Below are positions 27,046 through 40,734 of a DNA stretch of 64,000 bases, one piece after another; position 1 is the first letter of the stretch; every line of letters starts with the position of its first letter. Position numbers and translations under genes: made by a program. The notes under the pieces were generated by a model that saw only the letters and a program-made list of their open reading frames with translations, ran no database searches and was not told the origin of the DNA. The DNA is from Auanema rhodensis (taxonomy: Eukaryota; Animalia; Nematoda): the NCBI GenBank assembly GCA_964057225.1, contig OZ059894.1, positions 19,902,001 to 19,966,000 of the forward strand, written 5' to 3'.

Positions 27046-28449
27046 GTTGAGTTTCCATGTACACTCAACATTGCTTCCAAAAACATTTTGACAAAAATTT
27101 TTTCGAAAAATTTCAGAATAATTGAGCAAAAAGTAGATGTTTTTAGATTCCATTTTTCAAGGCAAAGACGATGGACAATGTTATTCAACGAAAAAATTAA
27201 TTCTTCAGGGTGAAAATCGAGGATATAAGTGTGAACTTATATCAGTTGATATCTCGGTGCATTTTTAAGCTAGCGCAAATCTGATAACACAGATCGACGC
27301 AGCTTAAAAATCCGCATCGAATGCACTATACTACATTGAGAAACGCTTAATACAAAAATTAGTTATGATCGTTTGAAAAATGATGCATTAGTGTATGTTG
27401 AGTTTCCATGTACACTCAACATTGCTTCCAAAAACATTTTGACAAAAATTTTTTCGAAAAATTTCAGAATAATTGAGCAAAAAGTAGATGTTTTTAGATT
27501 CCATTTTTCAAGGCAAAGACGATGGACAATGTTATTCAACGAAAAAATTAATTCTTCAGGGTGAAAATCGAGGATATAAGTGTGAACTTATATCAGTTGA
27601 TATCTCGGTGCATTTTTAAGCTAGCGCAAATCTGATAACACAGATCGACGCAGCTTAAAAATCCGCATCGAATGCACTATACTACATTGAGAAACGCTTA
27701 ATACAAAAATTAGTTATGATCGTTTGAAAAATGATGCATTAGTGTATGTTGAGTTTCCATGTACACTCAACATTGCTTCCAAAAACATTTTGACAAAAAT
27801 TTTTTCGAAAAATTTCAGAATAATTGAGCAAAAAGTAGATGTTTTTAGATTCCATTTTTCAAGGCAAAGACGATGGACAATGTTATTCAACGAAAAAATT
27901 AATTCTTCAGGGTGAAAATCGAGGATATAAGTGTGAACTTATATCAGTTGATATCTCGGTGCATTTTTAAGCTAGCGCAAATCTGATAACACAGATCGAC
28001 GCAGCTTAAAAATCCGCATCGAATGCACTATACTACATTGAGAAACGCTTAATACAAAAATTAGTTATGATCGTTTGAAAAATGATGCATTAGTGTATGT
28101 TGAGTTTCCATGTACACTCAACATTGCTTCCAAAAACATTTTGACAAAAATTTTTTCGAAAAATTTCAGAATAATTGAGCAAAAAGTAGATGTTTTTAGA
28201 TTCCATTTTTCAAGGCAAAGACGATGGACAATGTTATTCAACGAAAAAATTAATTCTTCAGGGTGAAAATCGAGGATATAAGTGTGAACTTATATCAGTT
28301 GATATCTCGGTGCATTTTTAAGCTAGCGCAAATCTGATAACACAGATCGACGCAGCTTAAAAATCCGCATCGAATGCACTATACTACATTGAGAAACGCT
28401 TAATACAAAAATAAGTTATGATCGTTTGAAAAATGATGCATTAGTGTAT
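27046..28449. repeat. Four-copy run of one variant monomer (ATTGAGC)
   Basis: The T>G variant lies at ~27124, 27475, 27826 and 28177 in consecutive monomers; the only other copy seen is at ~23614. Confidence 0.9.
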
Positions 28450-31400
28450 GTTGAGTTTCCATGTACACTCAACATTGCTTCCAAAAACATTTTGACAAAA
28501 ATTTTTTCGAAAAATTTCAGAATAGTTTAGCAAATAGTAGATGTTTTTAGATTCCACATTTCAAGGCAAAGACGATGGACAATGTTATTCAACGAAAAAA
28601 TTAATTCTTCAGGGTGAAAATCGAGGATATAAGTGTGAACTTATATCAGTTGATATCTCGGTGCATTTTTAAGCTAGCGCAAATCTGATAACACAGATCG
28701 ACGCAGCTTAAAAATCCGCATCGAATGCACTATACTACATTGAGAAACGCTTAATACAAAAATTAGTTATGATCGTTTGAAAAATGATGCATTAGTGTAT
28801 GTTGAGTTTCCATGTACACTCAACATTGCTTCCAAAAACATTTTGACAAAAAGTTTTTCGAGAAATTTCAAAATAATTTAGCAAAAAGTAGATGTTTTTA
28901 GATTCCTTTTTTCAAGGCGAAGACGATGGACAATGTTATTCAACGAAAAAATTAATTCTTCAGGGTGAAAATCGAGGATATAAGTGTGAACTTATATCAG
29001 TTGATATCTCGGTGCATTTTTAAGCTAGCGCAAATCTGATAACACAGAACGACGCAGCTTAAAAATCCGCATCGAATGCACTATACTACATTGAGAAACG
29101 CTTAATACAAAAATTAGTTATGATCGTTTGAAAAATGATGCATTAGTGTATGTTGAGTTTCCATGTACACTCAACATTGCTTCCAAAAACATTTTGACAA
29201 AAATTTTTTCGAGAAATTTCAAAATAATTTAGCAAAAAGTAGATGTTTTTAGATTCCTTTTTTCAAGGCGAAGACGATGGACAATGTTATTCAACGAAAA
29301 AATTAATTCTTCAGGGTGAAAATCGAGGATATAAGTGTGAACTTATATCAGTTGATATCTCGGTGCATTTTTAAGCTAGCGCAAATCTGATAACACAGAA
29401 CGACGCAGCTTAAAAATCCGCATCGAATGCACTATACTACATTGAGAAACGCTTAATACAAAAATTAGTTATGATCGTTTGAAAAATGATGCATTAGTGT
29501 ATGTTGAGTTTCCATGTACACTCAACATTGCTTCCAAAAACATTTTGACAAAAATTTTTTCGAGAAATTTCAAAATAATTTAGCAAAAAGTAGATGTTTT
29601 TAGATTCCATTTTTTAAGGCAAAGACGATGGACAATGTTATTCAACGAAAAAATTAATTCTTCAGGGTGAAAATCGAGGATATAAGTGTGAACTTATATC
29701 AGTTGATATCTCGGTGCATTTTTAAGCTAGCGCAAATCTGATAACACAGAACGACGCAGCTTAAAAATCCGCATCGAATGCACTATACTACATTGAGAAA
29801 CGCTTAATACAAAAATTAGTTATGATCGTTTGAAAAATGATGCATTAGTGTATGTTGAGTTTCCATGTACACTCAACATTGCTTCCAAAAACATTTTGAC
29901 AAAAATTTTTTCGAGAAATTTCAAAATAATTTAGCAAAAAGTAGATGTTTTTAGATTCCTTTTTTCAAGGCAAAGACGATGGACAATGTTATTCAACGAA
30001 AAAATTAATTCTTCAGGGTGAAAATCGAGGATATAAGTGTGAACTTATATCAGTTGATATCTCGGTGCATTTTTAAGCTAACGCAAATCTGATAACACAG
30101 ATCGACGCAGCTTAAAAATCCGCATCGAATGCACTATACTACATTGAGAAACGCTTAATACAAAAATTAGTTATGATCGTTTGAAAAATGATGCATTAGT
30201 GTATGTTGAGTTTCCATGTACACTCAACATTGCTTCCAAAAACATTTTGACAAAAATTTTTTCGAAAAATTTCAGAATAATTTAGCAAAAAGTAGATGTT
30301 TTTAGATTCCATTTTTCAAGGCAAAAACGATGGACAATGTTATTCAACGAAAAAATTAATTCTTCAGGGTGAAAATCGAGGATATAAGTGTGAACTTATA
30401 TCAGTTGATATCTCGGTGCATTTTTAAGCTAGCGCAAATCTGATAACACAGATCGACGCAGCTTAAAAATTCGCATCGAATGCACTATACTACATTGAAA
30501 AACGCTTAATACAAAAATTAGTTATGATCGTTTGAAAAATGATGCGTTAGTGTATGTTGAGTTTCCATGTACACTCAACATTGCTTCCAAAAACATTTTG
30601 ACAAAAATTTTTTCGAAAAATTTCAAAATAATTTAGCAAAAAGTAGATGTTTTTAGATTCCATTTTTTAAGGCAAAGACGATGGACAATGTTATTCAACG
30701 AAAAAATTAATTCTTCAGGGTGAAAATCGAGGATATAAGTGTGAACTTATATCAGTTGATATCTCGGTGCATTTTTAAGCTAGCGCAAATCTGATAACAC
30801 AGAACGACGCAGCTTAAAAATCCGCATCGAATGCACTATACTACATTGAGAAACGCTTAATACAAAAATTAGTTATGATCGTTTGAAAAATGATGCATTA
30901 GTGTATGTTGAGTTTCCATGTACACTCAACATTGCTTCCAAAAACATTTTGACAAAAATTTTTTCGAGAAATTTCAAAATAATTTAGCAAAAAGTAGATG
31001 TTTTTAGATTCCATTTTTTAAGGCAAAGACGATGGACAATGTTATTCAACGAAAAAATTAATTCTTCAGGGTGAAAATCGAGGATATAAGTGTGAACTTA
31101 TATCAGTTGATATCTCGGTGCATTTTTAAGCTAGCGCAAATCTGATAACACAGAACGACGCAGCTTAAAAATCCGCATCGAATGCACTATACTACATTGA
31201 GAAACGCTTAATACAAAAATTAGTTATGATCGTTTGAAAAATGATGCATTAGTGTATGTTGAGTTTCCATGTACACTCAACATTGCTTCCAAAAACATTT
31301 TGACAAAAATTTTTTCGAAAAATTTCAGAATAGTTTAGCAAAAAGTAGATGTTTTTAGATTCCATTTTTCAAGGCAAAGACGATGGACAATGTTATTCAA

Positions 31401-34400
31401 CGAAAAAATTAATTCTTCAGGGTGAAAATCGAGGATATAAGTGTGAACTTATATCAGTTGATATCTCGGTGCATTTTTAAGCTAGCGCAAATCTGATAAC
31501 ACAGATCGACGCAGCTTAAAAATTCGCATCGAATGCACTATACTACATTGAAAAACGCTTAATACAAAAATTAGTTATGATCGTTTGAAAAATGATGCGT
31601 TAGTGTATGTTGAGTTTCCATGTACACTCAACATTGCTTCCAAAAACATTTTGACAAAAATTTTTTCGAAAAATTTCAAAATAATTTAGCAAAAAGTAGA
31701 TGTTTTTAGATTCCATTTTTTAAGGCAAAGACGATGGACAATGTTATTCAACGAAAAAATTAATTCTTCAGGGTGAAAATCGAGGATATAAGTGTGAACT
31801 TATATCAGTTGATATCTCGGTGCATTTTTAAGCTAGCGCAAATCTGATAACACAGAACGACGCAGCTTAAAAATTCGCATCGAATGCACTATACTACATT
31901 GAAAAACGCTTAATACAAAAATTAGTTATGATCGTTTGAAAAATGATGCATTAGTGTATGTTGAGTTTCCATGTACACTCAACATTGCTTCCAAAAACAT
32001 TTTGACAAAAATTTTTTCGAAAAATTTCGAAATAATTTAGCAAAAAGTAGATGTTTTTAGATTCCATTTTTCAAGGCAAAGACGATGGACAATGTTATTC
32101 AACGAAAAAATCAATTCTTCAGGGTGAAAATCGAGGATATAAGTGTGAACTTATATCAGTTGATATCTCGGTGCATTTTTAAGCTAGCGCAAATCTGATA
32201 ACACAGAACGACGCAGCTTAAAAATCCGCATCGAATGCACTATACTACATTGAGAAACGCTTAATACAAAAATTAATTATGATCGTTTGAAAAATGATGC
32301 ATTAGTGTATGTTGAGTTTCCATGTACACTCAACATTGCTTCCAAAAACATTTTGACAAAAATTTTTTCGAAAAATTTCAGAATAGTTTAGCAAAAAGTA
32401 GATGTTTTTAGATTCCTTTTTTCAAGGCAAAGACGATGGACAATGTTATTCAACGAAAAAATTAATTCTTCAGGGTGAAAATCGAGGATATAAGTGTGAA
32501 CTTATATCAGTTGATATCTCGGTGCATTTTTAAGCTAGCGCAAATCTGATAACACAGATCGACGCAGCTTAAAAATCCGCATCGAATGCACTATACTACA
32601 TTGAGAAACGCTTAATACAAAAATTAGTTATGATCGTTTGAAAAATGATGCATTAGTGTATGTTGAGTTTCCATGTACACTCAACATTGCTTCCAAAAAC
32701 ATTTTGACAAAAATTTTTTCGAAAAATTTCAGAATAGTTTAGCAAAAAGTAGATGTTTTTAGATTCCTTTTTTCAAGGCAAAGACGATGGACAATGTTAT
32801 TCAACGAAAAAATTAATTCTTCAGGGTGAAAATCGAGGATATAAGTGTGAACTTATATCAGTTGATATCTCGGTGCATTTTTAAGCTAGCGCAAATCTGA
32901 TAACACAGATCGACGCAGCTTAAAAATCCGCATCGAATGCACTATACTACATTGAGAAACGCTTAATACAAAAATTAGTTATGATCGTTTGAAAAATGAT
33001 GCATTAGTGTATGTTGAGTTTCCATGTACACTCAACATTGCTTCCAAAAACATTTTGACAAAAATTTTTTCGAAAAATTTCAGAATAATTTAGCAAAAAG
33101 TAGATGTTTTTAGATTCCATTTTTCAAGGCAAAGACGATGGACAATGTTATTCAACGAAAAAATTAATTCTTCAGGGTGAAAATCGAGGATATAAGTGTG
33201 AACTTATATCAGTTGATATCTCGGTGCATTTTTAAGCTAGCGCAAATCTGATAACACAGATCGACGCAGCTTAAAAATTCGCATCGAATGCACTATACTA
33301 CATTGAAAAACGCTTAATACAAAAATTAGTTATGATCGTTTGAAAAATGATGCGTTAGTGTATGTTGAGTTTCCATGTACACTCAACATTGCTTCCAAAA
33401 ACATTTTGACAAAAATTTTTTCGAAAAATTTCAAAATAATTTAGCAAAAAGTAGATGTTTTTAGATTCCATTTTTTAAGGCAAAGACGATGGACAATGTT
33501 ATTCAACGAAAAAATTAATTCTTCAGGGTGAAAATCGAGGATATAAGTGTGAACTTATATCAGTTGATATCTCGGTGCATTTTTAAGCTAGCGCAAATCT
33601 GATAACACAGAACGACGCAGCTTAAAAATCCGCATCGAATGCACTATACTACATTGAGAAACGCTTAATACAAAAATTAGTTATGATCGTTTGAAAAATG
33701 ATGCATTAGTGTATGTTGAGTTTCCATGTACACTCAACATTGCTTCCAAAAACATTTTGACAAAAATTTTTTCGAGAAATTTCAAAATAATTTAGCAAAA
33801 AGTAGATGTTTTTAGATTCCTTTTTTCAAGGCAAAGACGATGGACAATGTTATTCAACGAAAAAATTAATTCTTCAGGGTGAAAATCGAGGATATAAGTG
33901 TGAACTTATATCAGTTGATATCTCGGTGCATTTTTAAGCTAGCGCAAATCTGATAACACAGATCGACGCAGCTTAAAAATCCGCATCGAATGCACTATAC
34001 TACATTGAGAAACGCTTAATACAAAAATTAGTTATGATCGTTTGAAAAATGATGCATTAGTGTATGTTGAGTTTCCATGTACACTCAACATTGCTTCCAA
34101 AAACATTTTGACAAAAATTTTTTCGAGAAATTTCAAAATAATTTAGCAAAAAGTAGATGTTTTTAGATTCCATTTTTTAAGGCAAAGACGATGGACAATG
34201 TTATTCAACGAAAAAATTAATTCTTCAGGGTGAAAATCGAGGATATAAGTGTGAACTTATATCAGTTGATATCTCGGTGCATTTTTAAGCTAGCGCAAAT
34301 CTGATAACACAGAACGACGCAGCTTAAAAATCCGCATCGAATGCACTATACTACATTGAGAAACGCTTAATACAAAAATTAGTTATGATCGTTTGAAAAA

Positions 34401-37400
34401 TGATGCATTAGTGTATGTTGAGTTTCCATGTACACTCAACATTGCTTCCAAAAACATTTTGACAAAAATTTTTTCGAAAAATTTCAGAATAGTTTAGCAA
34501 AAAGTAGATGTTTTTAGATTCCTTTTTTCAAGGCAAAGACGATGGACAATGTTATTCAACGAAAAAATTAATTCTTCAGGGTGAAAATCGAGGATATAAG
34601 TGTGAACTTATATCAGTTGATATCTCGGTGCATTTTTAAGCTAGCGCAAATCTGATAACACAGATCGACGCAGCTTAAAAATCCGCATCGAATGCACTAT
34701 ACTACATTGAGAAACGCTTAATACAAAAATTAGTTATGATCGTTTGAAAAATGATGCATTAGTGTATGTTGAGTTTCCATGTACACTCAACATTGCTTCC
34801 AAAAACATTTTGACAAAAATTTTTTCGAAAAATTTCAGAATAATTTAGCAAAAAGTAGACGTTTTTAGATTCCATTTTTCAAGGCAAAGACGATGGACAA
34901 TGTTATTCAACGAAAAAATTAATTCTTCAGGGTGAAAATCGAGGATATAAGTGTGAACTTATATCAGTTGATATCTCGGTGCATTTTTAAGCTAGCGCAA
35001 ATCTGATAACACAGAACGACGCAGCTTAAAAATCCGCATCGAATGCACTATACTACATTGAGAAACGCTTAATACAAAAATTAGTTATGATCGTTTGAAA
35101 AATGATGCATTAGTGTATGTTGAGTTTCCATGTACACTCAACATTGCTTCCAAAAACATTTTGACAAAAATTTTTTCGAGAAATTTCAAAATAATTTAGC
35201 AAAAAGTAGATGTTTTTAGATTCCATTTTTTAAGGCAAAGACGATGGACAATGTTATTCAACGAAAAAATTAATTCTTCAGGGTGAAAATCGAGGATATA
35301 AGTGTGAACTTATATCAGTTGATATCTCGGTGCATTTTTAAGCTAGCGCAAATCTGATAACACAGAACGACGCAGCTTAAAAATCCGCATCGAATGCACT
35401 ATACTACATTGAGAAACGCTTAATACAAAAATTAGTTATGATCGTTTGAAAAATGATGCATTAGTGTATGTTGAGTTTCCATGTACACTCAACATTGCTT
35501 CCAAAAACATTTTGACAAAAATTTTTTCGAAAAATTTCAGAATAATTTAGCAAAAAGTAGATGTTTTTAGATTCCATTTTTCAAGGCAAAGACGATGGAC
35601 AATGTTATTCAACGAAAAAATTAATTCTTCAGGGTGAAAATCGAGGATATAAGTGTGAACTTATATCAGTTGATATCTCGGTGCATTTTTAAGCTAGCGC
35701 AAATCTGATAACACAGATCGACGCAGCTTAAAAATCCGCATCGAATGCACTATACTACATTGAAAAACGCTTAATACAAAAATTAGTTATGATCGTTTGA
35801 AAAATGATGCGTTAGTGTATGTTGAGTTTCCATGTACACTCAACATTGCTTCCAAAAACATTTTGACAAAAATTTTTTCGAAAAATTTCAAAATAATTTA
35901 GCAAAAAGTAGATGTTTTTAGATTCCATTTTTTAAGGCAAAGACGATGGACAATGTTATTCAACGAAAAAATTAATTCTTCAGGGTGAAAATCGAGGATA
36001 TAAGTGTGAACTTATATCAGTTGATATCTCGGTGCATTTTTAAGCTAGCGCAAATCTGATAACACAGAACGACGCAGCTTAAAAATCCGCATCGAATGCA
36101 CTATACTACATTGAGAAACGCTTAATACAAAAATTAGTTATGATCGTTTGAAAAATGATGCATTAGTGTATGTTGAGTTTCCATGTACACTCAACATTGC
36201 TTCCAAAAACATTTTGACAAAAATTTTTTCGAGAAATTTCAAAATAATTTAGCAAAAAGTAGATGTTTTTAGATTCCTTTTTTCAAGGCAAAGACGATGG
36301 ACAATGTTATTCAACGAAAAAATTAATTCTTCAGGGTGAAAATCGAGGATATAAGTGTGAACTTATATCAGTTGATATCTCGGTGCATTTTTAAGCTAGC
36401 GCAAATCTGATAACACAGATCGACGCAGCTTAAAAATCCGCATCGAATGCACTATACTACATTGAGAAACGCTTAATACAAAAATTAGTTATGATCGTTT
36501 GAAAAATGATGCATTAGTGTATGTTGAGTTTCCATGTACACTCAACATTGCTTCCAAAAACATTTTGACAAAAATTTTTTCGAGAAATTTCAAAATAATT
36601 TAGCAAAAAGTAGATGTTTTTAGATTCCATTTTTTAAGGCAAAGACGATGGACAATGTTATTCAACGAAAAAATTAATTCTTCAGGGTGAAAATCGAGGA
36701 TATAAGTGTGAACTTATATCAGTTGATATCTCGGTGCATTTTTAAGCTAGCGCAAATCTGATAACACAGAACGACGCAGCTTAAAAATCCGCATCGAATG
36801 CACTATACTACATTGAGAAACGCTTAATACAAAATTTAGTTATGATCGTTTGAAAAATGATGCATTAGTGTATGTTGAGTTTCCATGTACACTCAACATT
36901 GCTTCCAAAAACATTTTGACAAAAATTTTTTCGAAAAATTTCAGAATAGTTTAGCAAAAAGTAGATGTTTTTAGATTCCTTTTTTCAAGGCAAAGACGAT
37001 GGACAATGTTATTCAACGAAAAAATTAATTCTTCAGGGTGAAAATCGAGGATATAAGTGTGAACTTATATCAGTTGATATCTCGGTGCATTTTTAAGCTA
37101 GCGCAAATCTGATAACACAGATCGACGCAGCTTAAAAATCCGCATCGAATGCACTATACTACATTGAGAAACGCTTAATACAAAAATTAGTTATGATCGT
37201 TTGAAAAATGATGCATTAGTGTATGTTGAGTTTCCATGTACACTCAACATTGCTTCCAAAAACATTTTGACAAAAATTTTTTCGAGAAATTTCAAAATAA
37301 TTTAGCAAAAAGTAGATGTTTTTAGATTCCATTTTTTAAGGCAAAGACGATGGACAATGTTATTCAACGAAAAAATTAATTCTTCAGGGTGAAAATCGAG

Positions 37401-40400
37401 GATATAAGTGTGAACTTATATCAGTTGATATCTCGGTGCATTTTTAAGCTAGCGCAAATCTGATAACACAGAACGACGCAGCTTAAAAATCCGCATCGAA
37501 TGCACTATACTACATTGAGAAACGCTTAATACAAAAATTAGTTATGATCGTTTGAAAAATGATGCATTAGTGTATGTTGAGTTTCCATGTACACTCAACA
37601 TTGCTTCCAAAAACATTTTGACAAAAATTTTTTCGAAAAATTTCAGAATAGTTTAGCAAAAAGTAGATGTTTTTAGATTCCTTTTTTCAAGGCAAAGACG
37701 ATGGACAATGTTATTCAACGAAAAAATTAATTCTTCAGGGTGAAAATCGAGGATATAAGTGTGAACTTATATCAGTTGATATCTCGGTGCATTTTTAAGC
37801 TAGCGCAAATCTGATAACACAGATCGACGCAGCTTAAAAATCCGCATCGAATGCACTATACTACATTGAGAAACGCTTAATACAAAAATTAGTTATGATC
37901 GTTTGAAAAATGATGCATTAGTGTATGTTGAGTTTCCATGTACACTCAACATTGCTTCCAAAAACATTTTGACAAAAATTTTTTCGAAAAATTTCAGAAT
38001 AATTTAGCAAAAAGTAGATGTTTTTAGATTCCATTTTTCAAGGCAAAGACGATGGACAATGTTATTCAACGAAAAAATTAATTCTTCAGGGTGAAAATCG
38101 AGGATATAAGTGTGAACTTATATCAGTTGATATCTCGGTGCATTTTTAAGCTAGCGCAAATCTGATAACACAGATCGACGCAGCTTAAAAATTCGCATCG
38201 AATGCACTATACTACATTGAAAAACGCTTAATACAAAAATTAGTTATGATCGTTTGAAAAATGATGCGTTAGTGTATGTTGAGTTTCCATGTACACTCAA
38301 CATTGCTTCCAAAAACATTTTGACAAAAATTTTTTCGAAAAATTTCAAAATAATTTAGCAAAAAGTAGATGTTTTTAGATTCCATTTTTTAAGGCAAAGA
38401 CGATGGACAATGTTATTCAACGAAAAAATTAATTCTTCAGGGTGAAAATCGAGGATATAAGTGTGAACTTATATCAGTTGATATCTCGGTGCATTTTTAA
38501 GCTAGCGCAAATCTGATAACACAGAACGACGCAGCTTAAAAATCCGCATCGAATGCACTATACTACATTGAGAAACGCTTAATACAAAAATTAGTTATGA
38601 TCGTTTGAAAAATGATGCATTAGTGTATGTTGAGTTTCCATGTACACTCAACATTGCTTCCAAAAACATTTTGACAAAAATTTTTTCGAAAAATTTCAGA
38701 ATAGTTTAGCAAAAAGTAGATGTTTTTAGATTCCTTTTTTCAAGGCAAAGACGATGGACAATGTTATTCAACGAAAAAATTAATTCTTCAGGGTGAAAAT
38801 CGAGGATATAAGTGTGAACTTATATCAGTTGATATCTCGGTGCATTTTTAAGCTAGCGCAAATCTGATAACACAGATCGACGCAGCTTAAAAATCCGCAT
38901 CGAATGCACTATACTACATTGAGAAACGCTTAATACAAAAATTAGTTATGATCGTTTGAAAAATGATGCATTAGTGTATGTTGAGTTTCCATGTACACTC
39001 AACATTGCTTCCAAAAACATTTTGACAAAAATTTTTTCGAAAAATTTCAGAATAATTTAGCAAAAAGTAGATGTTTTTAGATTCCATTTTTCAAGGCAAA
39101 GACGATGGACAATGTTATTCAACGAAAAAATTAATTCTTCAGGGTGAAAATCGAGGATATAAGTGTGAACTTATATCAGTTGATATCTCGGTGCATTTTT
39201 AAGCTAGCGCAAATCTGATAACACAGATCGACGCAGCTTAAAAATTCGCATCGAATGCACTATACTACATTGAAAAACGCTTAATACAAAAATTAGTTAT
39301 GATCGTTTGAAAAATGATGCGTTAGTGTATGTTGAGTTTCCATGTACACTCAACATTGCTTCCAAAAACATTTTGACAAAAATTTTTTCGAAAAATTTCA
39401 AAATAATTTAGCAAAAAGTAGATGTTTTTAGATTCCATTTTTTAAGGCAAAGACGATGGACAATGTTATTCAACGAAAAAATTAATTCTTCAGGGTGAAA
39501 ATCGAGGATATAAGTGTGAACTTATATCAGTTGATATCTCGGTGCATTTTTAAGCTAGCGCAAATCTGATAACACAGAACGACGCAGCTTAAAAATCCGC
39601 ATCGACTGCACTATACTACATTGAGAAACGCTTAATACAAAAATTAGTTATGATCGTTTGAAAAATGATGCATTAGTGTATGTTGAGTTTCCATGTACAC
39701 TCAACATTGCTTCCAAAAACATTTTGACAAAAATTTTTTCGAAAAATTTCAGAATAATTTAGCAAAAAGTAGATGTTTTTAGATTCCATTTTTCAAGGCA
39801 AAGACGATGGACAATGTTATTCAACGAAAAAATTAATTCTTCAGGGTGAAAATCGAGGATATAAGTGTGAACTTATATCAGTTGATATCTCGGTGCATTT
39901 TTAAGCTAGCGCAAATCTGATAACACAGATCGACGCAGCTTAAAAATCCGCATCGAATGCACTATACTACACTGAGAAACGCTTAATACAAAAATTAGTT
40001 ATGATCGTTTGAAAAATGATGCATTAGTGTATGTTGAGTTTCCATGTACACTCAACATTGCTTCCAAAAACATTTTGACAAAAATTTTTTCGAAAAATTT
40101 CAGAATAGTTTAGCAAAAAGTAGATGTTTTTAGATTCCATTTTTCAAGGCAAAGACGATGGACAATGTTATTCAACGAAAAAATTAATTCTTCAGGGTGA
40201 AAATCGAGGATATAAGTGTGAACTTATATCAGTTGATATCTCGGTGCATTTTTAAGCTAGCGCAAATCTGATAACACAGATCGACGCAGCTTAAAAATCC
40301 GCATCGAATGCACTATACTACATTGAGAAACGCTTAATACAAAAATTAGTTATGATCGTTTGAAAAATGATGCATTAGTGTATGTTGAGTTTCCATGTAC

Positions 40401-40734
40401 ACTCAACATTGCTTCCAAAAACATTTTGACAAAAATTTTTTCGAGAAATTTCAAAATAATTTAGCAAAAAGTAGATGTTTTTAGATTCCTTTTTTCAAGG
40501 CAAAGACGATGGACAATGTTATTCAACGAAAAAATTAATTCTTCAGGGTGAAAATCGAGGATATAAGTGTGAACTTATATCAGTTGATATCTCGGTGCAT
40601 TTTTAAGCTAGCGCAAATCTGATAACACAGATCGACGCAGCTTAAAAATCCGCATCGAATGCACTATACTACATTGAGAAACGCTTAATACAAAAATTAG
40701 TTATGATCGTTTGAAAAATGATGCATTAGTGTAT

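Noticed and set aside
23512-28266. Five 63-aa ORFs (MKNDALV...)
   Set aside because: They start at TTG and arise from one TAG>GAG variant that was amplified with its monomer. Other copies carry the stop, so this is not a gene family.
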